DNA from: an uncultured Planctomycetales bacterium
GTDB taxonomy: Bacteria > Omnitrophota > Gorgyraeia > Zapsychrales > Fredricksoniimonadaceae
Assembly (NCBI GenBank): GCA_964438075.1
Contig: CAYTIW010000007.1
Location: forward strand, 10,596 to 74,595
Reading direction: 5' to 3'
Length of the DNA: 64,000 nt
Position 1 is the stretch's first letter. Every line of letters begins with the position of its first letter. The notes under the pieces are model-generated. The model did not search any database. It saw nothing but the letters and a program-made list of their open reading frames with translations, and was not told the DNA's origin. The translations under genes and the position numbers were made by a program. Shown here piece after piece: positions 21,117-29,589 of this stretch.

Positions 21117-21151
21117 AAAAGTCCCGGGCGGTCACGTCCGGGACTTTTTTT
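21117..21151 (+). terminator. Rho-independent terminator after the flotillin gene
   Basis: The stem is GTCCCGG (21121-21127) / CCGGGAC (21138-21144), followed by a run of seven T. Confidence 0.65.
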
Positions 21152-21356
21152 ATACTGGGCAGAGGTATCTTTGGAAGATACCAGTGATTTGTCGTTCATT
21201 GAATAGCGGGGGTTAATTGAAAATCCATTCATGTTATTGACAAGTTGGGAAGAAAGATTATGCTCTTTAATACGGTACGGTATAGTATCGCGAAGTTTTT
21301 ATTGAAGAAGTGTCATTTTACTTATTAAATTATTATCAGTTGAAACGGAGGTAGTT

Positions 21357-21596
21357 ATGCCCAGCACCAAGAATGAAGCTTTATTGAGCAACGCAAAGGT
21401 CCAGGAAGAGATATCCAAACACCGGTGGATAGAGAGCGAGAAGGCTGGTTCGGACATCGGTTTTGACAGAGCAGCTAAGGACTGGCTTAACCGTTTTTCA
21501 GATGATTGGATAAAGGCCAATTTGTCGCAGCATAGCACGGTGACCCGTAGTCTTTTCAAGGCCGCTAACAACAAAACCAGGGCCAAACGGGGGTAG
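21357..21596 (+). CDS. Small conserved protein, paralog 1 (KHRWIESEKAG motif)
   Basis: 79 aa with GGAGG 7 nt upstream of the ATG. By hand alignment it shares 43 of its first 57 residues with the 22634-22876 product. The core is VQEEISKHRWIESEKAGSDIGFDRAAKDWL and the tail is basic. Confidence 0.7.
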   Translation: MPSTKNEALLSNAKVQEEISKHRWIESEKAGSDIGFDRAAKDWLNRFSDDWIKANLSQHSTVTRSLFKAANNKTRAKRG

Positions 21597-21802
21597 TGGC
21601 CGCCGGTGGATGGGGTTGGGTAAGTAGTTTGTTGCCTTTGCAGGTAAAGGGTAAGCTATACGTCCTGATTTAAAAGGAGGCTTATCTTAATTTTTTTGCT
21701 AACAACGTTGCCTGGGATTGCAGGTCCGATCTGTGCAAGTTCGCGGATGAGACGTGAGTTAGGTGTGTTTATTTCTCCATATGTATTATTCAGGGGGAAC
21801 CG

Positions 21803-22351
21803 ATGGGCCCGATAAGGAAAAAGTTATTTTCCATCTTGGGTGTGATCGCCTTCACAGTGGGGCTGTGTCAGGCAGATGAATTGCTCATCGACGGCGGAAG
21901 GAAAATAACCGGCAGGATCACGAATATCGAGAACAATGAAGTGACGCTTGATACGGGCACCAATGAACTAGTGATCGATACCAAGATAATCAAGGCTATC
22001 AGCACGGACTCTTCGGATGCCGACCTCTTGACAAAAGTGGCAGAATTGCAGAACAAAATAAATACCGCCAGTGAGATAGAGAAGGCCAAGATGGAGGCAC
22101 AAAAGGAGAAGTTGACCGGCAAGAAAGTTGACCTTTATATTCGAACGAACTGCTCTTTGTGCGACGATATGGAGAATTTTCTGAACAAGAACGGCATCAA
22201 ACATATCCGATTTGATATTGAGCAGGATGTCAGGGCCAAACGCCGCATGAACGCTAAGGGATGCCAGGGGCTGCCTTGCGTTATCATCAATAACAGCCGA
22301 GTTGTTTCAGGGTATGACCCCAATTCAGTGATCGACATATTGCTGGAGTAG
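21803..22351 (+). CDS. Secreted protein with C-terminal glutaredoxin-like domain
   Basis: 182 aa. The signal peptide is KKLFSILGVIAFTVGLCQA. The C-terminal thioredoxin-fold segment is VDLYIRTNCSLCDDMENFLNKNGIKHIRFDIEQD...GLPCVIINNSRVVSGYD, with a CxxC motif. Confidence 0.6.
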   Translation: MGPIRKKLFSILGVIAFTVGLCQADELLIDGGRKITGRITNIENNEVTLDTGTNELVIDTKIIKAISTDSSDADLLTKVAELQNKINTASEIEKAKMEAQKEKLTGKKVDLYIRTNCSLCDDMENFLNKNGIKHIRFDIEQDVRAKRRMNAKGCQGLPCVIINNSRVVSGYDPNSVIDILLE

Positions 22352-22633
22352 TGTCGCTGGGATCATTGGATCAGGTATCGATCCCGGACAGGGCGTTCAT
22401 CCTGTCGATAACAGCAAGAGAAATATCATAGTGCTGCCGGTCTCCCCAGCCCCAGCCGTTAGGCTCGCCGTTAATTAGTACTGACTTGACCTGCACCTTT
22501 AGAGATATTAATTTGAGCCATTGACATGCATTGAGAAGAGAGTAAGCTCTTAAATATGGAGAAATTTTAGATAGCGGAGAATCGTTCGCAATTATATTTT
22601 ACCTAATTATCAACGAACAAATACGGAGGAGTT

Positions 22634-22876
22634 ATGGGCAGCTTAAAGAATGAATTCTTATTGTCCGACAACAGGGTCCAGGAGGAGATCTCCAAGCACC
22701 GGTGGATAGAAAGTGAGAAGGCCGGGGCCGATATCGGTTTCGATAACGCATCCAAGGATTGGCTTACTCGATATTCAGAGGGATGGATGAAGGCCAATCT
22801 TTCACGACAAGCCACATCTGCCTGCGGTGCCCCCAAGGGTAATGGCAAAACCAGGGCCAGGCGCATCAAGTCCTGA
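22634..22876 (+). CDS. Small conserved protein, paralog 2 (KHRWIESEKAG motif)
   Basis: 80 aa with GGAGG upstream of the ATG. The core is VQEEISKHRWIESEKAGADIGFDNASKDWL. It is a paralog of the 21357-21596 product. Confidence 0.7.
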   Translation: MGSLKNEFLLSDNRVQEEISKHRWIESEKAGADIGFDNASKDWLTRYSEGWMKANLSRQATSACGAPKGNGKTRARRIKS

Positions 22877-23033
22877 AAGTTGCTCTCTGAGGTCATGGGC
22901 AGGATGTTCATCTGTTCGCTGGAAAGTAAAAAGAGAGTTTAATGGCAACTGTTTAGACCTGGTCTGGCCTTTATAGTTCTGTTGAGCTCTATCTTTCCCG
23001 AGTCGGTCTTTTCGAATTTCACGGGGATCTTCC

Positions 23034-23345
23034 ATGTCTGAGAAATTCGTGAGCGCGCCGCTAAGACCGGTAACGGCGACCATGGATACGTCCGCCATGT
23101 CCATAGGAGGCCCAGGCTTGCCAAAGGAATTCGTATGGCGGGGGCAGATCATAGCCGTGGTCTCACTACTGCGCTCTTGGCGCGAGACCGGTGCCTGCCG
23201 CCATGGTAGCGGCGAGAGCTACGTTCGTAAGCATTGGTTCGAAGTCGTTACCTCCAGCCACGGTAAATTAAAGATATATTTCGAACGGCAGACACGCCGG
23301 TCAGGTCAGGCGACGTGGTGGCTGTATAGCATGTCAGACGGGTAA
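23034..23345 (+). CDS. Hypothetical protein
   Basis: 103-aa ORF with no recognised motif. The Trp/Arg-rich C-terminal half (FVWRGQIIAVVSLLRSWRETG...YVRKHWFEVVTSSHGKLKIYFERQ...WWLYSM) looks like a real small beta-rich domain. The start is uncertain (internal ATGs at 23082 and 23097). Confidence 0.4.
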   Translation: MSEKFVSAPLRPVTATMDTSAMSIGGPGLPKEFVWRGQIIAVVSLLRSWRETGACRHGSGESYVRKHWFEVVTSSHGKLKIYFERQTRRSGQATWWLYSMSDG

Positions 23346-23449
23346 TGGCTGTCATTGATCAGGTGATGTCCTATTCATCAAAGGGAAGAGACTGGATATT
23401 ACTATTCAGGTCTTAAACCTTTATTCACACTTTACAAAAGGAGGTTTTA

Positions 23450-23641
23450 ATGGGGCACATCTCCAAACTTTTTATCGATAACAGTATGCGCTTTTCCAAT
23501 CCCGACGGCACCCCGGAAGACGTTGAGAAGTTCAATCTTTACACGGGATTGGCGCAGATGGCTGAGGCTATCGAAGGCCTTGAGCTCAAGCTTAAACAGA
23601 TCGAATCCAAGTTGAATTATCTGCAGGCAAGCTTAGGATAG
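23450..23641 (+). CDS. Small hypothetical coiled-coil protein
   Basis: 63 aa with a strong Shine-Dalgarno (AAAGGAGG, 5-nt spacer). The C-terminal half has a heptad-like pattern (MAEAIEGLELKLKQIESKLNYLQ). Confidence 0.45.
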   Translation: MGHISKLFIDNSMRFSNPDGTPEDVEKFNLYTGLAQMAEAIEGLELKLKQIESKLNYLQASLG

Positions 23642-23793
23642 TCTCGCCTACAGGACGGTACCGATGGCCGTCTCTTATTAACATTGTTGCCCGGGGCCGG
23701 CATCGGACCTTAAGAATGGGATGATACTGGAAGAAGTGTTTAAGATTTTTATTTTGAGGTCGTGCTCATGAGGGTGGAGGCAAGAAAGTCATA

Positions 23794-24846
23794 ATGAGTG
23801 AAAGCGATTATAATCTGACCTGTCCCGTCCCCTTGAACAGGCATAAGCGTATTTTGCTAGCTCACGGCAGTGGCGGCGCCCTGACCCATGAGCTAATCGA
23901 TAAAGTCTTTGCGCCTGCCTTTGACAATCCTTTTATACGCCAGCATCACGACGGGGCAGTAGCAGATCTCCCAGCCGGCAAACTGGCCATTACTACCGAT
24001 TCCTATGTGGTGCGGCCGCTTTTTTTCCCTGGGGGGGACATCGGCCGGCTGGCCGTATACGGCAGCGTGAACGATCTGGCCATGTGCGGTGCGCGACCTC
24101 TTTACTTGAGCGTTGCCTTTATTCTCGAGGAAGGGTTCGAGATCGCACAATTGGTCCGCATTGTCGATTCCATGAAGAAAGCGGCGGATCAATGCGGAGT
24201 AAAGATAATAACCGGTGACACCAAGGTAGTGGATAAAGGCAAAGGCGACGGGGTCTTTATTAACACTACCGGAGTGGGAGTTATCGGACACGGGTTGTCC
24301 ATTATTCCCGCGTCTATCCGCGAAGGCGATGCCATTATCTTGAGCGGGGACATCGGCCGGCACGGGGTGGCGGTCATGCTCGCGCGGGAGGGGTTATCCA
24401 TGGAGAGCTCGGTCGAGAGCGACGCGGCGCCATTGGCAGACAGTGTGCTGGAACTTATCGAGCGCGGCATAAAAGTACATTGTTTGCGCGACCTGACACG
24501 GGGAGGGTTGGCCACCGCGTTGGTCGAGTTGGCCCAAGGCTCTGGATCGGAGTTGAGGGTTAGCGAACGCGATATCTCAGTATCGCCGCCGGTCCGTGGA
24601 GCATGCGAGGTCCTTGGACTGGACCCGCTTTATGTAGCTAACGAGGGCCGCTTTGTTTGTATAGCACCGGCCTCGGAGTCCGCGGCCGTGTTGGAGGTCT
24701 TGAAGAGGCGCCCCGGCGGGGATAATGCCGGCTGCATAGGGATAGTCGCCCGTGGTGACCGGCCGCAGGCCATACTGGAGAACGCCATTGGCACCTCCCG
24801 TGTCTTACATATGCTCCCGGGAGAACTGCTGCCAAGGATATGTTGA
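23794..24846 (+). CDS. hypE: Hydrogenase maturation protein HypE (AIR-synthase-related)
   Basis: 350 aa. It has ILLAHGSGG near the N-terminus and a PurM-like fold. The diagnostic C-terminus is ...GELLPRIC, the PRIC motif that carries the thiocyanate in HypE. Confidence 0.88.
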   Translation: MSESDYNLTCPVPLNRHKRILLAHGSGGALTHELIDKVFAPAFDNPFIRQHHDGAVADLPAGKLAITTDSYVVRPLFFPGGDIGRLAVYGSVNDLAMCGARPLYLSVAFILEEGFEIAQLVRIVDSMKKAADQCGVKIITGDTKVVDKGKGDGVFINTTGVGVIGHGLSIIPASIREGDAIILSGDIGRHGVAVMLAREGLSMESSVESDAAPLADSVLELIERGIKVHCLRDLTRGGLATALVELAQGSGSELRVSERDISVSPPVRGACEVLGLDPLYVANEGRFVCIAPASESAAVLEVLKRRPGGDNAGCIGIVARGDRPQAILENAIGTSRVLHMLPGELLPRIC

Positions 24847-24888
24847 CCCTGAAAGCCATAAAGGCGGGGCCCTAAAAGAGGAACTTTA

Positions 24889-25455
24889 ATGCCCAATTCT
24901 TTTTTGCGCCGGTTCCAGGTAGAACAACTTGAAGCGGACCTTGACCTGAGGCTGAGCGATGTGGTGGTCCAAGACACTTCGCTGACAGTGAGAGGCCGGG
25001 CGGGCGGGGTCAGGCTTATGTTCGCGGCTATCTTCATCCTTCCCGGTCTATGGTTGGGCTGGCAGGCGCTGTCGACACTGAATCCATTGATCTTGATAAC
25101 GGCCTTGATACTTTGTCCGGTGCTTTTTGCCGTGGGGATCCTGTTTGGTTTCCTAACAGCGGGAAAATCTTTCGATATAACCCGACACGTGGCGACCAAC
25201 TCGCTCAGGCTGTTCAACTTCAGGACCGAAAGAACGATAGATCTGCCGTCTAAAGGGACCGTGAAACTATGGAGTGAATGGCATATGGGCGGGGAGGGTC
25301 CCGGCTGCTGGTGGCATAACGTTGCCCTCGACGGTTGTAACGGTTTCAGTTTTACCATCTCGCGTGACTACACCCGGGCCCGGGTTTTTGCCGAACAACT
25401 AGCCCGGTCGCTGCGCTACGGGCTTACTGATGTCACTGAACCGCGCAGCCGATGA
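24889..25455 (+). CDS. Hypothetical membrane protein (2 TM)
   Basis: 188 aa with two adjacent hydrophobic helices (LMFAAIFILPGLWLGWQAL, LILITALILCPVLFAVGILFGFL). No recognised motif. Confidence 0.5.
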   Translation: MPNSFLRRFQVEQLEADLDLRLSDVVVQDTSLTVRGRAGGVRLMFAAIFILPGLWLGWQALSTLNPLILITALILCPVLFAVGILFGFLTAGKSFDITRHVATNSLRLFNFRTERTIDLPSKGTVKLWSEWHMGGEGPGCWWHNVALDGCNGFSFTISRDYTRARVFAEQLARSLRYGLTDVTEPRSR

Positions 25456-25524
25456 AAAGGTGTTTCTAGTAGTCTGTTTGCGTCTTTTTAATTGATGGAT
25501 TATTCATAGGGAAGGTTTCCCCCC

Positions 25525-26190
25525 ATGAGCGACGGCGCATTGATCGGTTTTATCCTGTTCTTGGCGTTCGGCAGCGCCATAGCCGCTTTCTTCTCAAAGA
25601 TGGGACAGAAGGTCAAACTTGGACTGCGCCTGGGCCCCACCATGACGGTCAAGGACGGTTCCGGGCGATCGTTCGCTATATCCAACGCTGCCGCCACTCT
25701 GAACACGGCCGTGGTCAGGCGGGTCATGGAGCGCCTGAAACGTAACCCGCTGCCTGCCCATTCACTGGATCTCGGCGGGCTTAAGGAGAAGGAAAAAGGA
25801 TTGTTAGACTCGGTCCCCAGTCGATCGCAGGCTCTTTTTGCCATAAATACCTTCCGGGCGCATGCCAGGGGCTATTTTGATTATCTGACCAACGATAAAG
25901 ATCTCCTTGACCGTCCTGGAGAGGCCACGGCCCCGTTGGAACAATTCAGTGATTTTGTACAGGAGTTCATCAAGACCCAGGTACAGGAAAAGATCCCTAA
26001 CCATGCTGCCCAGTTGGATGCTTTTTATGCTGGCTTTACACCTGACGAAGGGGAATTCATAATCGCATGGGCTGACCGTATCGTTTTGACCAGTAACCGC
26101 TTAGTACTGCTGACTGAAGGTGGACAGCCAAAGATAATCGCTGACATACCGATCGTCCGGGTGCTTTCCTATGAAGCAAGTGACGGATAG
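25525..26190 (+). CDS. Hypothetical protein with N-terminal TM anchor
   Basis: 221 aa with the N-terminal helix ALIGFILFLAFGSAIAAFF. No recognised motif. Confidence 0.5.
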   Translation: MSDGALIGFILFLAFGSAIAAFFSKMGQKVKLGLRLGPTMTVKDGSGRSFAISNAAATLNTAVVRRVMERLKRNPLPAHSLDLGGLKEKEKGLLDSVPSRSQALFAINTFRAHARGYFDYLTNDKDLLDRPGEATAPLEQFSDFVQEFIKTQVQEKIPNHAAQLDAFYAGFTPDEGEFIIAWADRIVLTSNRLVLLTEGGQPKIIADIPIVRVLSYEASDG

Positions 26191-26345
26191 CGCCTTCCGC
26201 AACTCGCCTTAACAAAGTTCAAAAACCTCTTAATTCCGCACCGATTTGGTCTATCATATAAAATCGAAGTTTAGATATCCGGTAATGTTTTTGAGCGCGG
26301 GGCGACCTTGGCACTGTCTGCCGCTATGGAGGGCAGAAGGGATCT

Positions 26346-27455
26346 ATGATGAAAATTTCTCGCTTTATGTTCAATGTTATCGTTTTGCTGCTCTTTTTCA
26401 CCTTGCCTTCCATGGCAGGCGAGCCGCCTTCACGAGGAATGTTCGTAACTGTGATCCAGGACCCACCGGTATTATACAGCCGAGAGAACATTGACAAGCT
26501 TATAACTTACGCGAAGGAAGCCCGCGTCAAGATACTTTTCGTGCAGGTATACCGGGCCAATATGGCCTGGTTCAAGTCTGGATTCGGGGACACGACACCT
26601 TACAGAATAGCGCTCAAGAATGTCGGGGAAGACCCCTTTGCCCTGCTTATCCGCAAAGCACATCAGGCGGGTATCGAAGTGCACGCCTGGGTCAACATGT
26701 TAAGCCTGGGGGAGAATCATAAGGCCCCCTTCATCAAGAAATATGGTCCCGGCATATTGACCCGCAACCGGCAGCCCAAGAAGAACCTGGAAGAATACAA
26801 GATCGATAAGCAATATTTCCTGGAACCAGGCGACCCTCGCGTAAGAGATGAGCTGGTCAAGCTGGTGGAAGAGATCGTGGGCGCTTATCCGGAACTGGAC
26901 GGGATCCAGTTCGATTATATCCGGTATCCCGATACCAAGCCCAACTACGGCCATTCCGAGATCAATGTCGCCCGGTTCAGGAAAGCGACCGGTCTGGTTG
27001 GCTTTTCCGACAAGAACAAGGCCTGGCAGGATTGGAAACGCCGACAGGTCACTTACCTTCTGGGGCAATTGGTGAAAAAGGCCCGGTCCCTGCGCCCGGA
27101 CATACAGGTATCGGCCACAGGGTGCATGCCTTATCTGCGGGCTTATTATGAGGCTTACCAGGACTGGCCATCATGGGTCAATGATGGTACCGTGGACTTC
27201 GTGACCCTGATGAATTATTCTACGGATGTCAAGGAATATGACCGGTGGATCGTTAATGCCAAGGCCAGGGTAAAGGATTTCAGTAAGATCAATATCGGCC
27301 TTGGTTCCTATAAGTCATCCGGTTCCCGGGATACCTTTGCCAAGGAATACCGGATTTGCGAGAAGTCCGGAGCCGGGTCCTGCGTAGTCTTCCATTACGG
27401 CAGCCTGCTTAAGGATCCCCTTTGCAGCGACTATCTGCTCAGCAGCAATAAATAG
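26346..27455 (+). CDS. Glycoside-hydrolase-like family 10 (GHL10/DUF187, YngK-like) secreted protein
   Basis: 369 aa. The signal peptide is MMKISRFMFNVIVLLLFFTLPSMAG. TIM-barrel-like segments are FVQVYRANMAWFKS, GIEVHAWVNML, FLEPGDPRVRDEL, DGIQFDYIRYP and RQVTYLLGQL. Confidence 0.7.
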   Translation: MMKISRFMFNVIVLLLFFTLPSMAGEPPSRGMFVTVIQDPPVLYSRENIDKLITYAKEARVKILFVQVYRANMAWFKSGFGDTTPYRIALKNVGEDPFALLIRKAHQAGIEVHAWVNMLSLGENHKAPFIKKYGPGILTRNRQPKKNLEEYKIDKQYFLEPGDPRVRDELVKLVEEIVGAYPELDGIQFDYIRYPDTKPNYGHSEINVARFRKATGLVGFSDKNKAWQDWKRRQVTYLLGQLVKKARSLRPDIQVSATGCMPYLRAYYEAYQDWPSWVNDGTVDFVTLMNYSTDVKEYDRWIVNAKARVKDFSKINIGLGSYKSSGSRDTFAKEYRICEKSGAGSCVVFHYGSLLKDPLCSDYLLSSNK

Positions 27456-27489
27456 CTACCAGTTCGATCCTATCTAGAGGAGGCGCCCC

Positions 27490-28065
27490 ATGCCGAAAAA
27501 GATACTTCTCCTTTCAGGAAGTCCGCAAAAGAACGGCAACACAGTCACGCTCTTGAACTGGTTCATGGACGGGGCCCGGGAAAAAGGCGCCGAGATGGAG
27601 CTGGTCCATGCCGCCTTCCTGAAATATAAGACCCCTGGATGCACCTCCTGCCGTCAGTGCCAGCAGTCCAAGCTATATGAATGCGTTATCCAAGATGGGG
27701 CGCGCCCTGTGCTAGCGATGATGGCTGGTGTGGATGTGATCGTCATGGCCACGCCGCTCTACTTTTTTGGCCCCAGTGCCCAGCTCAAGGCGGTCTTTGA
27801 CCGTATGTTCTCGCTTTATAAATGGGACAATGCCGCCGGGACGATGCAGACCCCGCTCAAGGGAAAGACCCTGGTGGTTCTGGCCAGCGCTTTTGAAGAT
27901 GTGGGACTGGACGCTCTCGAGAAGCCCTTCGCCCTTACTGCCAGCTATACCGGTATGAATTTCCGTTCCCTTTTGATACCCAATGCGGGTGTATCGGGGG
28001 ACATTATTAAACAGCCCGGCATCCGCGAAAAAGCTGTCAGCCTGGGAAGGGAAGTGGCAGGTTGA
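27490..28065 (+). CDS. Flavodoxin-fold NADPH-dependent FMN reductase / iron-sulfur flavoprotein-like
   Basis: 191 aa. It has ILLLSGSPQKNGNT, the flavodoxin-like phosphate loop, and the Cys cluster CTSCRQCQ...C. VIVMATPLYFFGPSAQLK is also present. Confidence 0.75.
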   Translation: MPKKILLLSGSPQKNGNTVTLLNWFMDGAREKGAEMELVHAAFLKYKTPGCTSCRQCQQSKLYECVIQDGARPVLAMMAGVDVIVMATPLYFFGPSAQLKAVFDRMFSLYKWDNAAGTMQTPLKGKTLVVLASAFEDVGLDALEKPFALTASYTGMNFRSLLIPNAGVSGDIIKQPGIREKAVSLGREVAG

Positions 28066-28098
28066 GTACGTGATAGGTTGATGGACTAGCAAGCCCGG

Positions 28099-29589
28099 TC
28101 ATAGGTCCGGACCCGTCAAAGAAGGCTTCGGGGCGCATTCTCGACCCTTACTACTGTGGGTGATCTTTTTCCAGAAATAATCCAGAAAAGCGCCCAGGCC
28201 GTAGAGCTTACGCAGCAGATCGCCCAGCGAGCGTATGGAGATCAGCATCCGCCACATCTGGACAGGCCGAAGGTAAAATTCTTTCAAGCCAACATCTATC
28301 AGAGCATCGATCTCCTTATTTGAAAGCTGCGGATAGGACAGAAGCGTTTTCTGTTCACCCTCGGCCGTCAGCCAGTCGGTCCAGTCCTTGCCCAGCAGGT
28401 AGCCGTTATCCCGCGCCCATTTATAGAGCTGCGTTCCCGGATAGGTGGCAATTCCGGTTATCTGCATGGTGTCCAGAGGAAGCGACTTGGCATAATCGAT
28501 AGTAGATCGAGCGCTGGCCCGGGTTTCGCCGGGTGCTCCTATCATGAAACAGCCGTGAATGGTGAATCCCAGTTCGTGTGCCCGCTTGGTGAATCGGCGC
28601 CCCATCTCGACGTTCACACCGCCTTTACGCACCGCCCTCAGCGCTTCGTCGGTACCGAATTCATACCCGACCATCAGCATGCGGCAGTTGGCCTCTTTCA
28701 TCAAAGGTAAGAGATCGAGGTCGGTATTGATGCGCATGTTGCAGGACCAGGAGATGCGTTTGTGCAGTCCCCGCCGCATGATCTCCCGGCAGACGCCGCG
28801 GACATGCTCGGGATCGGCCGCGAAGGTGTCGGTCTCGAACATGATCTCGCGCAGTTGGGGGAAAAGCCGGAGGTCGTATTCCATTTCGTCAGCTACCAGC
28901 TCCGGTCGCCTGATCCGCAGCCGGTAACCATACATAAGCTGGGGATCGCGGCAGAAGGTGCAGGCGTTGTTGCAGCCGCGTCCGGTGAAGAGAGTAAGGA
29001 AAGGGTATTTCTTGCCGGCATCCGGGTACCATTCCGGCTTTATCATATGCCAGGCCGGGAAGGGCAGATGGTTCACGTCCAGCGGCGGACGGTCGGGGTT
29101 GGCCCTGACCTCGCCGTCGCCATCCTGCCAGGTAAGACCGGAGATCTCGTTGAGCGGTCTGCCTGAGGCCAGGTCCCGGAGGGTGTAGTCGTACTCCCCG
29201 CGAAGGATATAGTCGACTGCGCCGTTAGCGATCTCGAAAGTGTTCAGCGGTTCGGCCGTGACATGCTGTCCCACGAAGGCCACTTTACATCCGGTCTGGC
29301 CCTTTATCAGGCGGGACTGGTCGATATCGTTGTAGATCGAAGGGGTAGTGGCGTGGACAAGGAGCAAGTCCGGATGGAAGTCGCGGACCATCCGGGCGCT
29401 GGTCTCGGGGGAAAGATTCCTGGCAGCCGCTTCGACAAAAACCACCTCGTGGCCGGCGTCGAGCAGCACCTGGGCGGCAGTCAGCAGATAATCCGGATGG
29501 CGCTGGACGCGGCCTCGGGATTTCGCCGACCAGCGGGCCACCCTTACGAAATTCTCACCGAAAGAAGGGTTTAATATACAGATATTCAT
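28099..29589 (-). CDS. B12-binding-domain radical SAM enzyme
   Basis: 496 aa. The N-terminal Rossmann-like B12-binding region is MNICILNPSF...VVFVEAA...LLLVHATTPS. The radical SAM cluster motif is GRGCNNACTFC (CX3CX2C). The start overlaps the upstream stop (ATGA). Confidence 0.85.
   Translation of the reverse strand: MNICILNPSFGENFVRVARWSAKSRGRVQRHPDYLLTAAQVLLDAGHEVVFVEAAARNLSPETSARMVRDFHPDLLLVHATTPSIYNDIDQSRLIKGQTGCKVAFVGQHVTAEPLNTFEIANGAVDYILRGEYDYTLRDLASGRPLNEISGLTWQDGDGEVRANPDRPPLDVNHLPFPAWHMIKPEWYPDAGKKYPFLTLFTGRGCNNACTFCRDPQLMYGYRLRIRRPELVADEMEYDLRLFPQLREIMFETDTFAADPEHVRGVCREIMRRGLHKRISWSCNMRINTDLDLLPLMKEANCRMLMVGYEFGTDEALRAVRKGGVNVEMGRRFTKRAHELGFTIHGCFMIGAPGETRASARSTIDYAKSLPLDTMQITGIATYPGTQLYKWARDNGYLLGKDWTDWLTAEGEQKTLLSYPQLSNKEIDALIDVGLKEFYLRPVQMWRMLISIRSLGDLLRKLYGLGAFLDYFWKKITHSSKGRECAPKPSLTGPDL

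Noticed and set aside
19861-21135. 424-aa minus-strand ORF antisense to the flotillin gene. Similar long antisense ORFs occur at 38059-39024, 53739-54641, 10870-11517, 1069-1833 and 24630-25358.
   Set aside because: Each lies opposite a gene with strong family motifs. The translations are Arg/Gly/Leu/Pro-rich and low in complexity, with no recognisable motifs or SD sequences. This is the usual shadow-ORF pattern in GC-rich coding DNA.
26246-26494. 82-aa ORF overlapping the start of the GHL10 gene in another frame.
   Set aside because: It overlaps a gene that has a clear signal peptide and family motifs, and it has no features of its own.
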